NCBI GenBank assembly: GCA_026770705.1
Contig: JANJGN010000039.1
Span: 8,246,001-8,310,000, forward strand
Origin: Isurus oxyrinchus
Taxonomy: Eukaryota
Direction: 5' to 3'
DNA length: 64,000 nucleotides
A model generated the notes under the pieces. It saw nothing but the letters and a program-made list of their open reading frames with translations, had not been told where the DNA came from and searched no databases. A program made the translations under genes and the position numbers. Shown piece after piece: positions 49,050 through 62,765 of the stretch. How positions within the stretch are numbered: position 1 is the stretch's first letter; each line of letters opens with the position of its first letter.

Positions 49050-50055
49050 ATAATTATTACAAGTTCTACGAATAGATTGGAGAACTTGATATTAGTGACT
49101 ATGGTTGATTGGATTAATAATTTGTTGGAACACGTTTCTTTGACGAAATCCCACATGGCTGATTGGTTAAAATCTATGGAAGCCCATGTGTTTTCCGGAC
49201 AATATAAAAAGCTGGATATAAAAATAATTCAGTGAAAACAAAGAATAATTGATAACAGCTACTTTTGTGACTCGAGGGCCGTTCCCACTGAGCTTCATCT
49301 GGACCTAGCAGTTGTAACTCTGCTTTGTATGACGTTTATTAATGGTTTTAGTTACAAATGTAGCGGGACCGATAAACATGTTGTAGGCCTCAAAAAAATT
49401 GACCGTGCGATTGATAGCGAGATTGAATTCTGTAGATTGCAGCAAGATATTCACGGACTGGTCAGGTGGACAGAACTGTTTCAAGTCGAATTGAACCCAC
49501 AGAACTGTGAGGAGATGCATTTAATAAGGCCAAACAAAGGAAATCATTGTGCAATTATTGGAATGATAATAAGATGTTTTGAGGATTCTGGATCTTAAAG
49601 GGATAGCCCACTTATGCCTGAAGGCAGCAGGAAACGTTGGTGAGGCGGCTGAGAAGCCATCTCGAATGCTTCTATGTTTTTTAAACGAGACACATAATAT
49701 AAGAGTACGGAGGTTTCGCTGGAACTTATCTAAAAGATTACTTAGAAGTTAACCTTAATGCTGTGCACAGGGCATGTCGCCATATTACAGAAAGGATGCA
49801 ATTGCATTAAAAAGGGTAGAGAAGATATTTCCAAAGATGTTGCTAGTACTGGAAAATTAAAGCTTTGAGGAAAGATTGGATCGGCTAGGGCTTCATCTCC
49901 TTGAAACTGAGGAGACTTGGTGAGATTTAATTGAGATGCACAAAACTGTGGGGAGCCAGGATAAAGTATATGCAAGCGTCTATTTGCATGAACAGAGAGG
50001 TCAGTGACGAGCGGACACATATTTACGATGTTTGTTGAAAGAGTAGAGGGGGACA
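49050..50055 (+). mobile_element. CR1 RT C-terminal fragment
   Basis: 'RLQQDIHGLVRWTELFQVELNPQNCEEMH'; downstream 'tattacagaaaggatgcaattgcatt...gaggaaagattggatcggctagg'. Confidence 0.75.
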
Positions 50056-50059
50056 TTCC

Positions 50060-51590
50060 TCTGCCAATTCGATTCATTCCACGTGATATCAAGAAATGAC
50101 TGAAGGCAGAGGATACACAAGGACAATGGGTCTTATCAATATTCCAGCAGCATTACTGTGGACCTGTGTTACAGTACTTGCCGCGCCCATTGCTTAGCCT
50201 TTCCAGTACAGCGGCAAAACTGGCTTATACCTGCAAACATGGGCAATTTCCCAGGTACGTCCTGCAGTAATAAAGCCGGGCAAATCCAACTCAGGCAATT
50301 GTTGTACCATCAGTCAGCTCTCCATATGAAGTGGTGATAGAAGGCGTCATGAATATATAATGAAGCTGCGGTTAATTAGTAATAACATATTCGCTTCAGT
50401 GTTTTTTTTTCTGCCAGGATCACTCAGCCATTGACCACAGTACAGCCTTGGTCAAAGAATAGATAGATGATTAATAGTCAGAGACGAAGTAAGAGTTGCT
50501 GCCTCTAGCAAAAAGGCAGCATGTGACACAGTGTGACATCATGACGCCCGAGAATATTTGGAGTCAATGCTAAAGAGGAAAAATTCCAGGTGGCATAATT
50601 CATACCTAGCACAAAGCAAGGTATTTGTGGTTTTTGGAGGTCAATCATCTCAGTCCAAGTGCATCATTGCATAAGTTCCACATTGTTGTGTCCTCGGCCT
50701 GCTATCTCAGCTGCTTCATCAATGTCCTTATTTCCATCATAAGGTTACAAGTGAGGATGTTCACTGCACAAGGTTTAGTGCCATTCATGAGTCCTCAGAC
50801 ACTGAAGCAATCCAGATCCAAATATGCCATCACTTGCACAATATGCAACATTTGGCTTTCAAGTGGCAAGTAGTATTCACGGCACACAATTGACAGGCAA
50901 TGTCCCGAATCTAACCGTGCCTCTGACATTGAATGGCACTGCCATCTCTGAAGTCCCCACAATCAATAGCGTGGAATTTATCATTGATCAGTGACTGAAT
51001 TGGCTGCCATATCAATACCTCAGCTTCAATTACCGGCCAGAGGCTATTACTACTGCGGCCAACAGCTCCCAGATTCCTGTCCCCAATCTTGAGGGCACAG
51101 GAGAGGTTTCTTATGGAATGCTTTGATCTTGCCTGGAGATGGGTAGCTCCAACATGCAAGAAGCTTAAAACCATCCAGGACAAAACAGTCCGCTTGATTG
51201 GCTCAATATTCACATATACCCTCTCCCTCCAACACTGACCCATATTTACAGAGCTGTGTACTATCGACAAGATGGATCCAAGAAGGCGCCAAGACCCTTA
51301 GACAGCCACAACTAAATCCACAACTGCTACCATTTAGACGGACAAGCAAAGCAGATGCACGGGAAAACCACCGCCTGTGAGTTCCCCTTCAATCCACACA
51401 TCATCATCAATTGAAAATATGTCACCTTCCATTTGCTGCAGCTGGGGCAGGAGCTGGACCTCCCCCAGAATAGCATTGTGGGTGCACACACATCACAAGG
51501 CATGGAGCCGTTCATGAGGGCAACTCACCAGCACCATGTCAAGGGCATTTATGTTTCGGCAAAAGCATGATAACTTGGCCAGCGACGCCC
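50060..51590 (+). mobile_element. LINE RT-to-3'-end fragment (CR1/Jockey group)
   Basis: Continuous decayed match to the family at 760-2100 and 43470-44370, including 'cagctgcttcatcaatg', 'aagaagcttaaaaccatccaggacaaaacag' and the 3' tail. Confidence 0.8.
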
Positions 51591-51979
51591 AGATAAGAGG
51601 ATTGATTTTAAAAAAAGGCATGTTTTCTTTTTACGCAGAGGTATGTGGGTGCTTGAACTTACTGCCCGGAAAGGCAACAGAGGAACAAAACCCACAACTC
51701 AATTAATGTATGGATGTACACCTCAAATGCTGTAAACAGCAGGGCTACAGACTGAGAATTCGAAATTGGGATGAGGCTGGACGTTTCATTTTCAGCCGGT
51801 GCAGACGCTGTGTTGTAATGTTCGACAATTCTATGAAAAGGATAATGATGGGCTCCATAAAATGCAACATATGACGTTCAATTATTACATGTGGATGATC
51901 AGAGAGGGAGCACAGCAGTATGAAATATTAAAAAGATGATCAATACAATGGAGGAGATGTAATACATGGACAACAGATT

Positions 51980-52580
51980 CAGCAACACACTCTGTGTAGC
52001 GGTGTGTACCATCCACAAGATGCGTGCAACAACTGCCAAAAGCTCCTTCGACAGCGCCGCCCAAACCCACGCCCACTAGCTTCTAGAAGGGCAAAGGCAG
52101 GAGCCACAGTGGAAATCCTCCAGCTAGAAGATCCCTTCCGAGCAACTCACCATCCCGGCTTGGAAATATAGTGGCCGTTCCTTCACCATCCCTGAATCAA
52201 AATCCTAGAGCACCCTCACTAACAGCACATTGGGTGCACCTAAAGGACAGCGACTGCAGTGGTTCAAGAAGGCGGCTCATCACCACCTTCTCCAGGGGCA
52301 ATTAGGGAAGGACATAAATGCTATCCCAGCCAGTCAAGCACACATCCTGAAAATAAATAAAAATGACATCAACCCTTTCAAGCCCCATGCGAATGTTATA
52401 TCTTTCAATAAGTCCACGTCTAATTGGTCTAAACTCCAATGAGTACAGGTCCAACATATTCAACCACTCCTCACAAGAAAATGCCTCCATCCGCAGGATC
52501 AACCGAACGAACATTCTCTGGACAACCTCCAATGCCCCTACATCTTTCCTTAGATAAGGGGGCCAAAACTGTTCACAGAC
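51980..52580. mobile_element. LINE 3' tail (+, 51980-52340) abutting a CR1 fragment (-, 52370-52580)
   Basis: 'LQWFKKAAHHHLLQGQLG' tail motif; minus ORF 'EVVQRMFVRLILRMEAFSCEEWLNMLDLYSLEFR'. Confidence 0.8.
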
Positions 52581-54039
52581 TTTTCCGACTCAAGCAGATG
52601 ATTCAATGGTGGTGCTACCGAGCCTGTGTTCATGCTGGGCATTGATAACTTTGGTCCCCCGTGTGCTTCTTCCAGGTGTGCGTCAGTTTGGTATATTCAT
52701 TCATCAGCTGAGGTGGGACCAGGAGGCGTTAGCACACTGGTGCCACCAATGGCCATATACACACTATTGTCATGAAGTATTGGGATCGAGGAGGATTGTT
52801 GAGGGTTTGCAGGAACACATACCTGCTGGATGTGATGGATCTGCCCTGTGGATGGGGGCCAAAGGCGGTGATGAATGAGCATGGGACATAGGGCGGAATG
52901 AGAGCACAGCACTGCTGTATCCAAATGTTGGAAAGGTGACCCTGCTGCTCCCTTCCCCCCACTCCCCCCACCACCCACACCAGTCTTGCCTATATGGCAG
53001 CACATGCCTGTTCGAGCGAGAAATGAGGCATGGACAGGCGGCAGTGAGCAATGCAGTGAAACTTTATTTGCATGGTTCAGGAAAGCGGTGGGATCGGGTT
53101 TAAGGGGGATCTCCGCATCCAAACAATCTGCCAGTCAAGGTTTGCTTCTGTCGGAGCCTCGGACACAGGCGCATCCTCCCTGGCCTCGGGCCTCATTTAG
53201 ACACGCAGCAGTGAAAGCCTCTGGCGCACCTGTTGGGAATATCGTCTGAATTGCTGTTGCAGGGGCTCGATTTGCAATACCCAACATGTATGCATCCGAA
53301 TGCGATGGCTGGAATAAAGCAGGAAAAATCTCATTAGTCACTGTTTCTGGGTCTGGGGTGTTGGTATTGTTGGGGGGGGGGGGGAGGGGTACTGGGGTTG
53401 GGAGGGGGGTGAATATCGGGTCACCTCCATTAAAAAGTACGAGGATGAGCAGTTGGCACCTATATGACATTCAAGGTGTGTGTCAAGTGCTAGTAAATGG
53501 AATTAGGTACGTAAAGCCTGTTGTTTCTCACGTGTCAATGCAGACTCGATGGGCAAAAGGGCCTCTTCCACACTGTGTGATCATGTGATTAAGAAGGTTC
53601 GTCTGTCTCTCACTCACGGGAGGCTGATGGACAACATGGTCTTACACGGAATCCCATGTCTCCCCCTTTTTTTACTCTATGCTTCCTTTCAATGTTTTGA
53701 CAAAATTCACCTCAACCCTTCACCTGTAAAAGCGATTCCCACGTCATCACCCCTCTTGGGCACAGATGATTATCCAGATTTTCGTATTCGATCCATTATT
53801 GAATCTCTTATCACGTTGGAAACTTAGATTGGGGTCACGGGCAACAGGCGGGAACATCATCTCTACATCAACTCTATCGAAACTTCCATGTGTCACACAA
53901 CAAAAACACAAAGTTGTTCAGTTCCCTGTGACGGAGCCTAGAGACCCAGCGAGCTTCACAGGAGAGTTATAAAATTGCATCAATCATCAACTCCCACAGG
54001 GTAACACTAGGGCAGCTGACTAAACGCTAGGTCCAAGGA

Positions 54040-54700
54040 AGGATTTTATTGAGCGTCTGAAGTTTGGAGAGGGGCCGGGAAAGATGTGGAGAGGTTTAGT
54101 GAATGAATTCTGGGGTTCGATTCCCAGGCGGTTGGAGATAGGGCCGCCAATGTAGGAGCGAGTGAAATGGGTGAAGGTCCAGGGGCCAGAAATGGGGTAA
54201 TGGAGAGATCATTGTGGGTGGATGTTTGGAGGGGATTACAGGGATTCGAAGATAAGGGATGGATTTGAAAACCAGAATCCAACATCTGAAATAGAGAGAC
54301 CGATTTCTAAAGAGGATCAAAAGTAAACCTAAAGGCACAGGGTGATCAGTGAATGTTAGGACATAGGCAGCAGAGTTTTGTGTCACTTCACTTTATGGAA
54401 GGTAGATTGAGGGAGACACAGCCAGAATTATATGGGCATAGGCTGCTCAAGAAGTAACCAATGTTTTGATGAAGATTTCAGTGTCAGGTCCGAACAGACA
54501 AGGTCACTGTTGGGTTATGTTTCCATACTGGTTATCGTTAGTCTTTGAGGTGGCACGGATATCTGGCAGGAATCACATTTTTGGATCAAAACTACACAAT
54601 TCTCAATCTCGGAGACTTCCCAGGGACAGGGATGAAGTAAGCAGAGAGGGAACAGGTGTAGGTCCAGGGCTGAAAACAATGGTGTGAATCAAGGATTCTG
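54040..54700 (-). mobile_element. L2 LINE 3' fragment
   Basis: Minus frames give 'ILVFKS' and 'tcgctcctacattggcggccctatctcc...gaattcattcactaaacctctcc', i.e. L2 RSTIGG.AFS...WNSLPKPL. Confidence 0.65.
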
Positions 54701-55836
54701 AGAGATACACTCACCTCCGCTATCATCAGGCGGGGCTCTTGGTTGGGCTTCGGTGGTCTGCACCAGTAGCAGGACACCAAGAACCAATAGCAATGCTTTC
54801 ATTATCATCTACCAATCTCCTCCCATCACAATGAGATGATCGGAGTTAGGACGGTATTTATACAAATTAAGAAAGAATTCTGTAGTTATCAATAACATTC
54901 TCCTGGTGGAGATTGGCAAGGACTGGGTCGTGTTAAATTAGTCATTCAGAAGCTGGGAACAACAATAAAGTGAATCACTGATTAAAGCTGTCTCCAAGGC
55001 AAGTTTTTCATTAATCAGCAGCAGCAAAACCTCAGCAATGATTAAAATGGGGTTAATTTATAGAAACATTGCTCTGTGATTAAATTGAAGACACACAGCA
55101 GAGGAAGAGGCCATTGACCAATCGCGCCAGTCCTGCCTCTTTGAATGCACCATCCAATTCTAGCCCATTCCTCTCCGAACATTCCCCAGTTTTGCATCTC
55201 CTGATCCAGTTCTCCTTGTGAAAGATAATATTGAAGCTGCTTCCACCGCCCTTTCAGTCAGCGCTGTACAGAGCACAATAACTCACTACAGCCAAAGCAA
55301 TTCTCCCCATCTACTCACGAGCACTTTGTAAATTCTATTAAATGTGTTTTGATTGGATCCGTAAACTCCAAACTTCTAAAATATCAGACCGAAAGTTCGA
55401 AAAGGAGTTGAAATGTTCTACCCGGTGCCAATTTTGACCCCTGAAGAAACACAGCTAAAGCTGGTCATCAAAAATTGCTGTTTGTTGGATCGTTCTGTGC
55501 CCTACTTGCCGGTGACAGTCCCCTACATTATGCTAGTAGCTACAACTCAGCACCATACCACAGGCAGTGGGGCGTGTGTTCACTTGTCCTTTAGTGGTGA
55601 ATGGTGCTGTGGAAATTATTCTTCCCCCATCATATATTGTATCCACACCCGATGGGAGCTTGTGAAATAAGACCCAACAGGGCATCGGAATAAAAAAAAA
55701 CTCCTGCAGAATTCCTGCTAACACCATTCCTCAGTCGGTGAATCCAAGTTGAGCAACGCTTGGTGGAGGCACTGTTATTCGCAAGGGCTGTAAACTAATT
55801 GAGCTAGTTTAAATGCTTCATTTTGGTGTCTGTAGG

Positions 55837-57048
55837 TGTTATGAATGCATGTTAGCTTTAAATTTTAAGTTTCATTTTTTTTTCTTGGATCTGTGTGTTA
55901 GGAAAATGTCAAATTGAGATTCAGTTTCATTTTAAAATGGTACCGGAATTTCAAGTGAGGGTTTGTCCACCAGTTGCAGCTAAGGTAAGCAAATATGTGT
56001 GGAAGATTTGGGCTTCAGGGTATTAGAAAGTCAGGCCCTTTCACATGCACAGACAAAAAACCTAGACACAGCCGTTTTGATTTGGAAGCTATTGGAGTTT
56101 GGCAGGTTTTGAATGTAGCTGCCAGGCAGGAACAGCCTAGAAGGAGGTGGATAGCCAAGCCCAAGCTGAATAAACTATCAAAGATCCAAGGGACGGGAAC
56201 ATGAGAAAGCCCCAAGCAGAAATTCTAGTTAAAGGGAGGACAGAATCCTGGAAAAGCTGCTGTTGAATGGAGCTACGAGTGAGGGTTTGAGATGGATTCC
56301 ATGCTTCAAGTTTAAAGTGTGAAGAGTCAGAATTCAGATGTAAAGTGAGAACAGCTCGCAAGAGCCAAGAAGGTCGAAAGAGGCAACTGACGTTCTGTAA
56401 CACTTTGCTCTCGGCAACTGAAACAGTCGTTCTGTTTTTGGCTCACTATTTGTGAGATAGTTCATGACAACAGCTTGGATGCATCTTGGGGCCCAGAGGC
56501 GAGGAAGATCAGAAGACGAAAGGCTGGAGGTGAACATTGCTGGAAGGCGTCTGGTTTAAGAGAGGATTCCAAGGTGAGGGACAGAGTTTGGAAGCCTTCG
56601 TATGAAAGATGAGGTTCAGTGTGACCAGTTGGCTCACTTTGTGCCAGGGGTCGGGACGAGTTGATGAAAGATTCAATGCATCTAGTTGAGTGGCATCTGC
56701 CATGTGATTTCAGAGTGTTGTGTACCTGACTGCATGGTGCCTATTGGACATTATACTTACTGTGGGTATTAGAGTGTAAGATAGCTTTTGTAACTTGTGT
56801 TATCCTTAAAAACCTTTATATATCTGTAAAGCAATAGTGATGGGTGAAGGCATGTTGTAATACATTTCAACTTTTCTTCTTTAATAAATCTTGTGTTCTT
56901 TTGCTAAATGTTCCTCAGCTGACTCCAGTGACACTTCAGTAGCCCCATCCACTTATCTAAAGAAACAAATAAAAGTGAGGGTCTATAAAGTTGGATTTCA
57001 ACCTGGTATCACGTTTGTACAGGGGTAACCTCAGCTGGGATGGAAAAA
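55837..57048 (+). mobile_element. Probable solo LTR
   Basis: Starts TGTTATGA, has AATAAA at about 56883 and 56968, and ends in a decayed 'cagctgggatggaaaaa'. Flanks tagg/tagc resemble a 4-bp target-site duplication. No coding capacity. Confidence 0.55.
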
Positions 57049-57479
57049 TAGCCCAGGATGTACACCGGGTGTAAGGGGTCTCCAATGTCGAGGATTAACA
57101 GTGACTCAGCAGCAACATTGTTGGATGAATTAGCTGAGTGTTGAAGGATATATCAAACAGGCTGGAAGGGAAGGAAGGTCCCTGTCCTTCCATTAACTCG
57201 AAAGCATGATTTAGACTTCCTACTATTCCACTTCGTTCGATTCTTGGAGGGCTTCTTTAGCTTGGGCCTGGCTATCTTTCCCCGTTAGAAACTATTCCTG
57301 CCTGGCAACTATCTTGAAAACTTGCTGAGCTCCAACAGCTTTCACATGTAACCTGCTGTTCCTAGCTTTAGCGTGTGTTTCTGAGAGAGAACCTTCCTTT
57401 CTAAGCCCCCGTGACCAGGCAATAGCCAAAAACTTTCATTTTGTTCCACCTCCATCTGTTAGAGATGCAGCGGTGAGAG

Positions 57480-57780
57480 AAGCAACAACAGTGGGTAACT
57501 TGCTTGGCCCGGTCCGCACTAATCTACCCTTGTGCAGATGAATTTGTCCATGGCGGATATCCGCAGGAGTGACCGGCACAAACTCATTGTAGGGGCAAAT
57601 CCAGTATTCACTACGATGGCATCCTCCATCGTGGTGTGCGTCACTCTCAACTGTGTTCAGCAGCGCAAAAGCGGGCATCCTTCGGGCACTGTGGGCCCTT
57701 TGCCACAGAGGCAGGATTGAGCACAAAGGTAATCTGTAACCTGATGTCCTGGCACAAACCTCACTCGCCGACTGCGCTGT
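57480..57780 (+). mobile_element. LINE endonuclease-linker fragment
   Basis: Homologous to 2880-3180 ('ctccatcgtggtgtgcgtcact', 'gggcatcc...tgtgggcc', 'aatctgtaacctgatg'). Confidence 0.55.
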
Positions 57781-59689
57781 GTGTTTACAGACAAAACATG
57801 GGATGTAGCGGGACAGGGAAATAGAACGCAATAAATTTCTCATGGGCACTTCGCGGTAGCAAATAGATGTTCGCATCGGAAGTGGGGCACACTTTAGAAG
57901 AATGGAGAGGTGAAGGATATGGAAGAGGGTGGAATGCCTGTTGGGTTTCACCCTGCACCAATTTCGGGCTCCATTTTGCCATCCATCCAAAACGTACTGC
58001 TTGTCTCGGGCTGCTTATCAGCCTCTTAAACATTTGCCTTGATCACGGAACTGACCGGTCATCAGTAGCCGTACCGTCTGACAGACTTGACCATGGGCAC
58101 CAGGATCTGGCAGGAATGATTCCCCCAGCACAGGGCCCCTGCTGCTTCCCGGCCACCTGTGTGTAAAATTCCAGTACAGGTTGTAATTCCACAAGCTTGT
58201 GGAAAATGTGTGTTCGGAATTCCTGAGGACAACATTGCCTGGGGACCTTAGTACGCTTGGGCTACAGAAAAATATCAATTACATAGTTAAATGTTAGAAA
58301 TAGATCTCGCACATGTATCGCCCTTTGTGTATGGCACTGTTACCTAAATGTTGTACAGTGCAGTCTGACTAGAGCTACTGGACTCTGTCCCATAGCCTGA
58401 GTCTCCTCCACCAGTGAATATAGTTTCTCTGTGTCAATCGTATCTGCTCCCCTTAACACCTTGTGTTCTTCAACCCAACCACTCTGGAACGATCCAAATC
58501 CCAGGGAGTACATGGATTATTTGTGAAATCTCTCTCAGTATGTTTTCCCTTGTAGCCCAGGTATCATTTCTGGTAAACATATCCTGCATTCCCTCCACGC
58601 CTGACAACTCACATTAGAGAAAATTGTCAATAATTGATTCGTCTCTCTCTCTCTCTCTGCGTCACCCAATTCTTGAACAACAGAGTGGCTTTTTTTAAAA
58701 TTACACAGCCTCAATGAATAATTCTAATATGAATGGAATTGTGGGGTACTATAGACAGGACATCCACAATTGATCAGTTGCTTCCTTCAATCGCTGGCAT
58801 GGAAACGATCTGACCCTGTGAATTTGCCATCCAAAAGTGTCATTATTTTCTCCAATTCCGTTATGTTGCTAGTTCTAGGTCTTTTATGATTATTATCTTT
58901 AAACACATTCAGGCTATATGTTATCTTCACTTGAACGGCCAGAATATATTTCTTGCCCATTGCAAATCTTTGCGACTCTCAACCAATTCTCATACCTACA
59001 ACATACCAACCTTAGCTAGTGCCCTAGTTTGACCATTCTAGACCAATATGGCGAGACAGATTGACTTTCCTACAACAATCTAGCCTTAACTTGTGCCAGT
59101 TCCTTACAATTCTAGCTCTCAGGCCAACATTCTCGCCATCGACATCCAGTTTTGGCTTCTGGTGACTGAGAACGCTGGGCTCTCCAGAGCCAAAGGGCAG
59201 AATGTTTCCCAGCTGCAACCTCAGTTCCATTCTGCGCTGCCTTTTCTCCTTAAAACTACGTTACAGCTCATTGTCATTTATAGAGTTGTCAACTATAGGT
59301 CAACTTAACAACATTCCAAAAGTGCATAGGAATTGCGATCCTGTATTCCTCAGCTGATATGAAGCGCCATTGGTAACGTATGCCTGGACAAATAGAGCAA
59401 AACGTCAATGGGGTGACGGCCCACAAGGTTTGAACCTCAGGTTTGCCTGCTGCTGGTCTTTAAATTGTCTCCTGCAGTCTGAATCTGAGTTTGTAATTGG
59501 GAAACATTTTGCTTTTGGTCTCTGGAGATTGCAGAATTATCATTCAACAGATGACAAAACTAAATACCAATTGGGTAGAAGTGTAGACTGAGGTCTAGAA
59601 TTGTAAAGAAGGGGCACAATTTAAGGCTAGATTGTTGTAGAAGAAAATCAGAAGTTCTCATTCCATTGGCCGAGAACAATGCTTGACAC

Positions 59690-60430
59690 GTTGTTCTAAA
59701 GGTCCTGGTAGGATGAAGAGTATGCCGGCCATGGTCTTGCAGATTATGTCTGAATTTAACTTTGCTGCTGCTGATACCCCACTGGGCCTCATGCATGTTG
59801 AGATTTGAGCTGCGTGATATGTTCTGAATATATCCCATTGACAGCGATGCGTGTAGCACAACACAATGAAGTGTCTCCCCAGTTTGTAGACAGGGATCTG
59901 TTGTCACAAGGAGTGTGCGGTGGTCAAGCCTACCAAAACCATCAGGGATAGATGCATCTGCAGCAGGTGGATTGGTGATCATGAAGCTAACTAGAATAGA
60001 CCCTCTTGTTTGTTCACCTGCCTCAGTCCTATTTTGCCTATTGAGGCTCATCCACCTGGGTCTGTTGCGGTGACCAGGAACCACTCTTGGTGATGAACAT
60101 GCCGGTCCCACAGCAGAGAACATTCATTGCCCTTGATACGCTCAGTATTTCTTCGATAAGTTGTTTAGAATTGATGAGATTCTGGAGAGTGGTAGGTGGG
60201 AATCAGCAGGAGGATCTCATTCCCCTGTTTGCCCTCATGCTTTGTGACATCACAGAGACTGGAATTATTGCTGAGCACTCCCAAAGAGAACCCATACCTA
60301 TTGTATTCCCCTGTGCCGACAAGCCTGGTATCTCCCTCCTGTCAGTGGGGCATGACAAACCCAGGAATATGGATGGCGAACCTTTGGCATTGTCTGTGAA
60401 GTTCTGATTCCCATAGCATGACAATTCAGG
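59690..60430 (-). mobile_element. LINE endonuclease-region fragment (CR1/Jockey group)
   Basis: Minus ORF 'ITNPPAADASIPDGFGRLDHRTLLV...LHCVV' has the SDH-like motif of an APE endonuclease. Confidence 0.7.
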
Positions 60431-60973
60431 AGCTACAAGATCCCAATGAGACCCTGCCATGTTCTACATGTAAGGCTAAATTGGAGCCGAAAGATGACAA
60501 CGTGACCTGGCCATTTTCTGACCTCTCCTCCTACCTTTTGATATGGTGACACAGTGATACGAATGAGAAATTACACACAGAGAAGAGGCGGTGATCGACG
60601 CAGATAGTTTTATTCACATGATCCAGAAAGCAGTGGGCCAGGGGTCGTTGGATCCACACAAAGCAACAGAGCCGGAATTACAGAAATTAAAGTCAATCTC
60701 AGCCAAATCCTCAGGTTGACCAGGCAGTGCGACATATTCACCTTTTTCCACCTCATTCAGCTTCACAACACTTAAAAATGAATGAGCATTTCCAGTGCAT
60801 TAAGGCCTCCTTGTCATTGCATTCTCCCATTCTACATGCCACTGCTTTATCCCCAATTCCCAAGGTCATAAATGCTAAGGAATTGATTTGTCCATGTAGT
60901 TGAGTGTCAGGCTTTTGATTCCTGATGCATACTGAGAGCTCAACTATGGGCCGTGATGATTGCATGGTGGCAC

Positions 60974-61477
60974 ATGGAGCCCAGAGCTGTGCACAGTGCA
61001 CCTAGTGTGGTCTAACCCATCGATAGGAAGGCCAGGGCTGTACACAGTGCTGAGCGTGTTGTCTAAACAAGGGATATGGAGACCAGAGCTGTGTACAGTG
61101 CTCCGAGTGTGGTTCAACCGAGGAATACAGACACCAGCACTGCGTTCATTTCTCTGACTGTAGTCGAAGTGAGGGTTATGATTCCAGCCATATTAAGAGT
61201 ACCCCATTTTTTGTCGAACCGAGATGAACAGAGGTGAATAAATTAAAACAAAAAACTGCGGATGCTGGAAATCCAAAGCAAAAACAGAATTACCTGGAAA
61301 AACTCAGCAGGCCTGGCAACATCGGCGGAGAAGAAAAGAGTTGACGTTTTGAGTCCTCGTGACCCTTCAGCAGAGAATGAGGTAAGCAACAATCAATGGA
61401 TATAGAGACCAGAAATGTGCACAGTGCACTGAGTGTGGTCTAACCAAGGCATATGGAGACCAGAATTGTGCACGTGC
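60974..61477. repeat. 51-bp minisatellite (about 3.3 units plus about 1.5 units), interrupted
   Basis: Unit starts at 60974, 61025, 61076, 61127 and 61402, 61453. Consensus is about atggagaccagagctgtgcacagtgctcygagtgtggtctaaccaagggat. Confidence 0.9.
61245..61375 (-). mobile_element. Penelope-like terminal fragment with hammerhead motif
   Basis: Reverse complement of 38340-38476. The minus strand reads CTGCTGA-A-GGGTC-ACGAG-GACTC-AAAA-CGTC-AACT. Confidence 0.88.
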
Positions 61478-61559
61478 TGCCAGACCTGTTGAGTATGAAC
61501 AAAGGTGGTTCTTCTAAGAACTAGCTGGGTGCATGCTTTGTCTCACCTGGAGAGTGAAG

Positions 61560-61920
61560 AAATGTCCCAAGGCGCCACACAGGAACCTGAGGGGGGAAAA
61601 ATGAAAGCAAACCATGGAAAACATATTACCGAGAGAGAACAAAAAGTTCACTCCAGAAAAGTTAACTTCAGGGATTATCTAAAACGGGGAGAGAGAGGTG
61701 GAGAGGATTATGGTTGGAATACCCGAGCTCGAGGCTCCAGCAACCAAATGCAGTGCCGGCAATGGCTGATCCTTCAGTCAAAGTCTGGAAACACAGAGCA
61801 TGCCAGAATTCGAGAGTTACCAATACCTGGAATCATTATTGGGCTGTGGGTGATGACAGAGGTAAGGAGGGGCTTGGCTGATCGAGGGATTTGGAAAAAT
61901 GGTGTATCAGTGATGCAAGA
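61560..61920 (-). mobile_element. L2 LINE 3' tail
   Basis: Similar to 54040-54280 ('ggagagagaggtggagaggatt...ggaataccc...ggcaatggctg...gagggatttggaaaa'). Confidence 0.55.
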
Positions 61921-62539
61921 TATCACCGAGTGACAACAGACAGATTTGGCAGTACGCGGAGACCTGGAATGACTACATTGTGGATTGAGATTAATTTAGA
62001 AAACTAATGCAACATTTTAAAAACTAATTTTGATAGGTTTCCCTTTGGAAATCTTTTAATGTCACAGCACCAACGTGCATTGATGGAGTTTCGACACATA
62101 TCAGCTTCAATCCAATTGAAATGCAGCGCAGCATCGATGGTTTTAATGGCCTCCTCCTATCTCCCTTAATGCTTCTTTGGGTTGTGTACTGAGAGATGGA
62201 CTAACCCCCTAATATACATCTTGCACTCACTGCTCCATCAGCAGTGACTGGGTGCACCAGTATCTGGAACCCAAGCAGCAAAAGCAGTGCTTTCCTCATT
62301 CCCCACTGATATCCTCCCAGGTCACAATGAGATAGTTGGAGCACAGAAACCCTTTATGTGAAGACAGTGCATACAGTTGCTAATACTGTCACACGCGCTC
62401 CTTGGGTAGACTCCAACTTGGGAAATTTGAAGGGACAGTTTACTGAGTCCAAAATTAACTGGAAGCAAGTAGGTTTTCATTCATCAGCGATGGGACAGAT
62501 CGGAATAACGATTCAGCTCACAAAGGTTTATAGGAATCA

Positions 62540-62765
62540 TAACATCAACCTCGGCCGCTCTGGGAAGAAGAGTTGGGAGATCTCTCCCTTCTTACCTGGG
62601 GCGAGTGTTCGTCCATCCATCAACAAAACGATCACAGGTTATCTGGTCAGTATCGCCTTGCTGGTGGGAGTTGCTGTGCACCAACTGGCAGCCACAAATC
62701 GTAGATGCTAGCACTGACCACCCTCAACAATGTCCTGGTGAAAGGTGTCACAAAAGCTTAATCTC
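62540..62765 (+). mobile_element. Deu-domain SINE core
   Basis: 'gaagaagagttgggagatctctccc...caggttatctggtcagtatcgccttgctggtgggagttgctgtgcaccaactggcagcc'. Confidence 0.6.

Noticed and set aside
53370-53410. G-rich tracts as functional G-quadruplexes (also near 15930, 24770 and 39800)
   Set aside because: Low-complexity runs in or beside repeats, not conserved between the paralogous gene units.
57436-60123. 184-aa and 187-aa minus-strand ORFs as genes
   Set aside because: Both overlap LINE endonuclease-region fragments (one antisense, one partly in frame); no splice or domain evidence for host genes.
60974-61477. CRISPR-like array
   Set aside because: Units are head-to-tail without unique spacers, the context is eukaryotic, there are no cas genes, and the unit derives from CR1.
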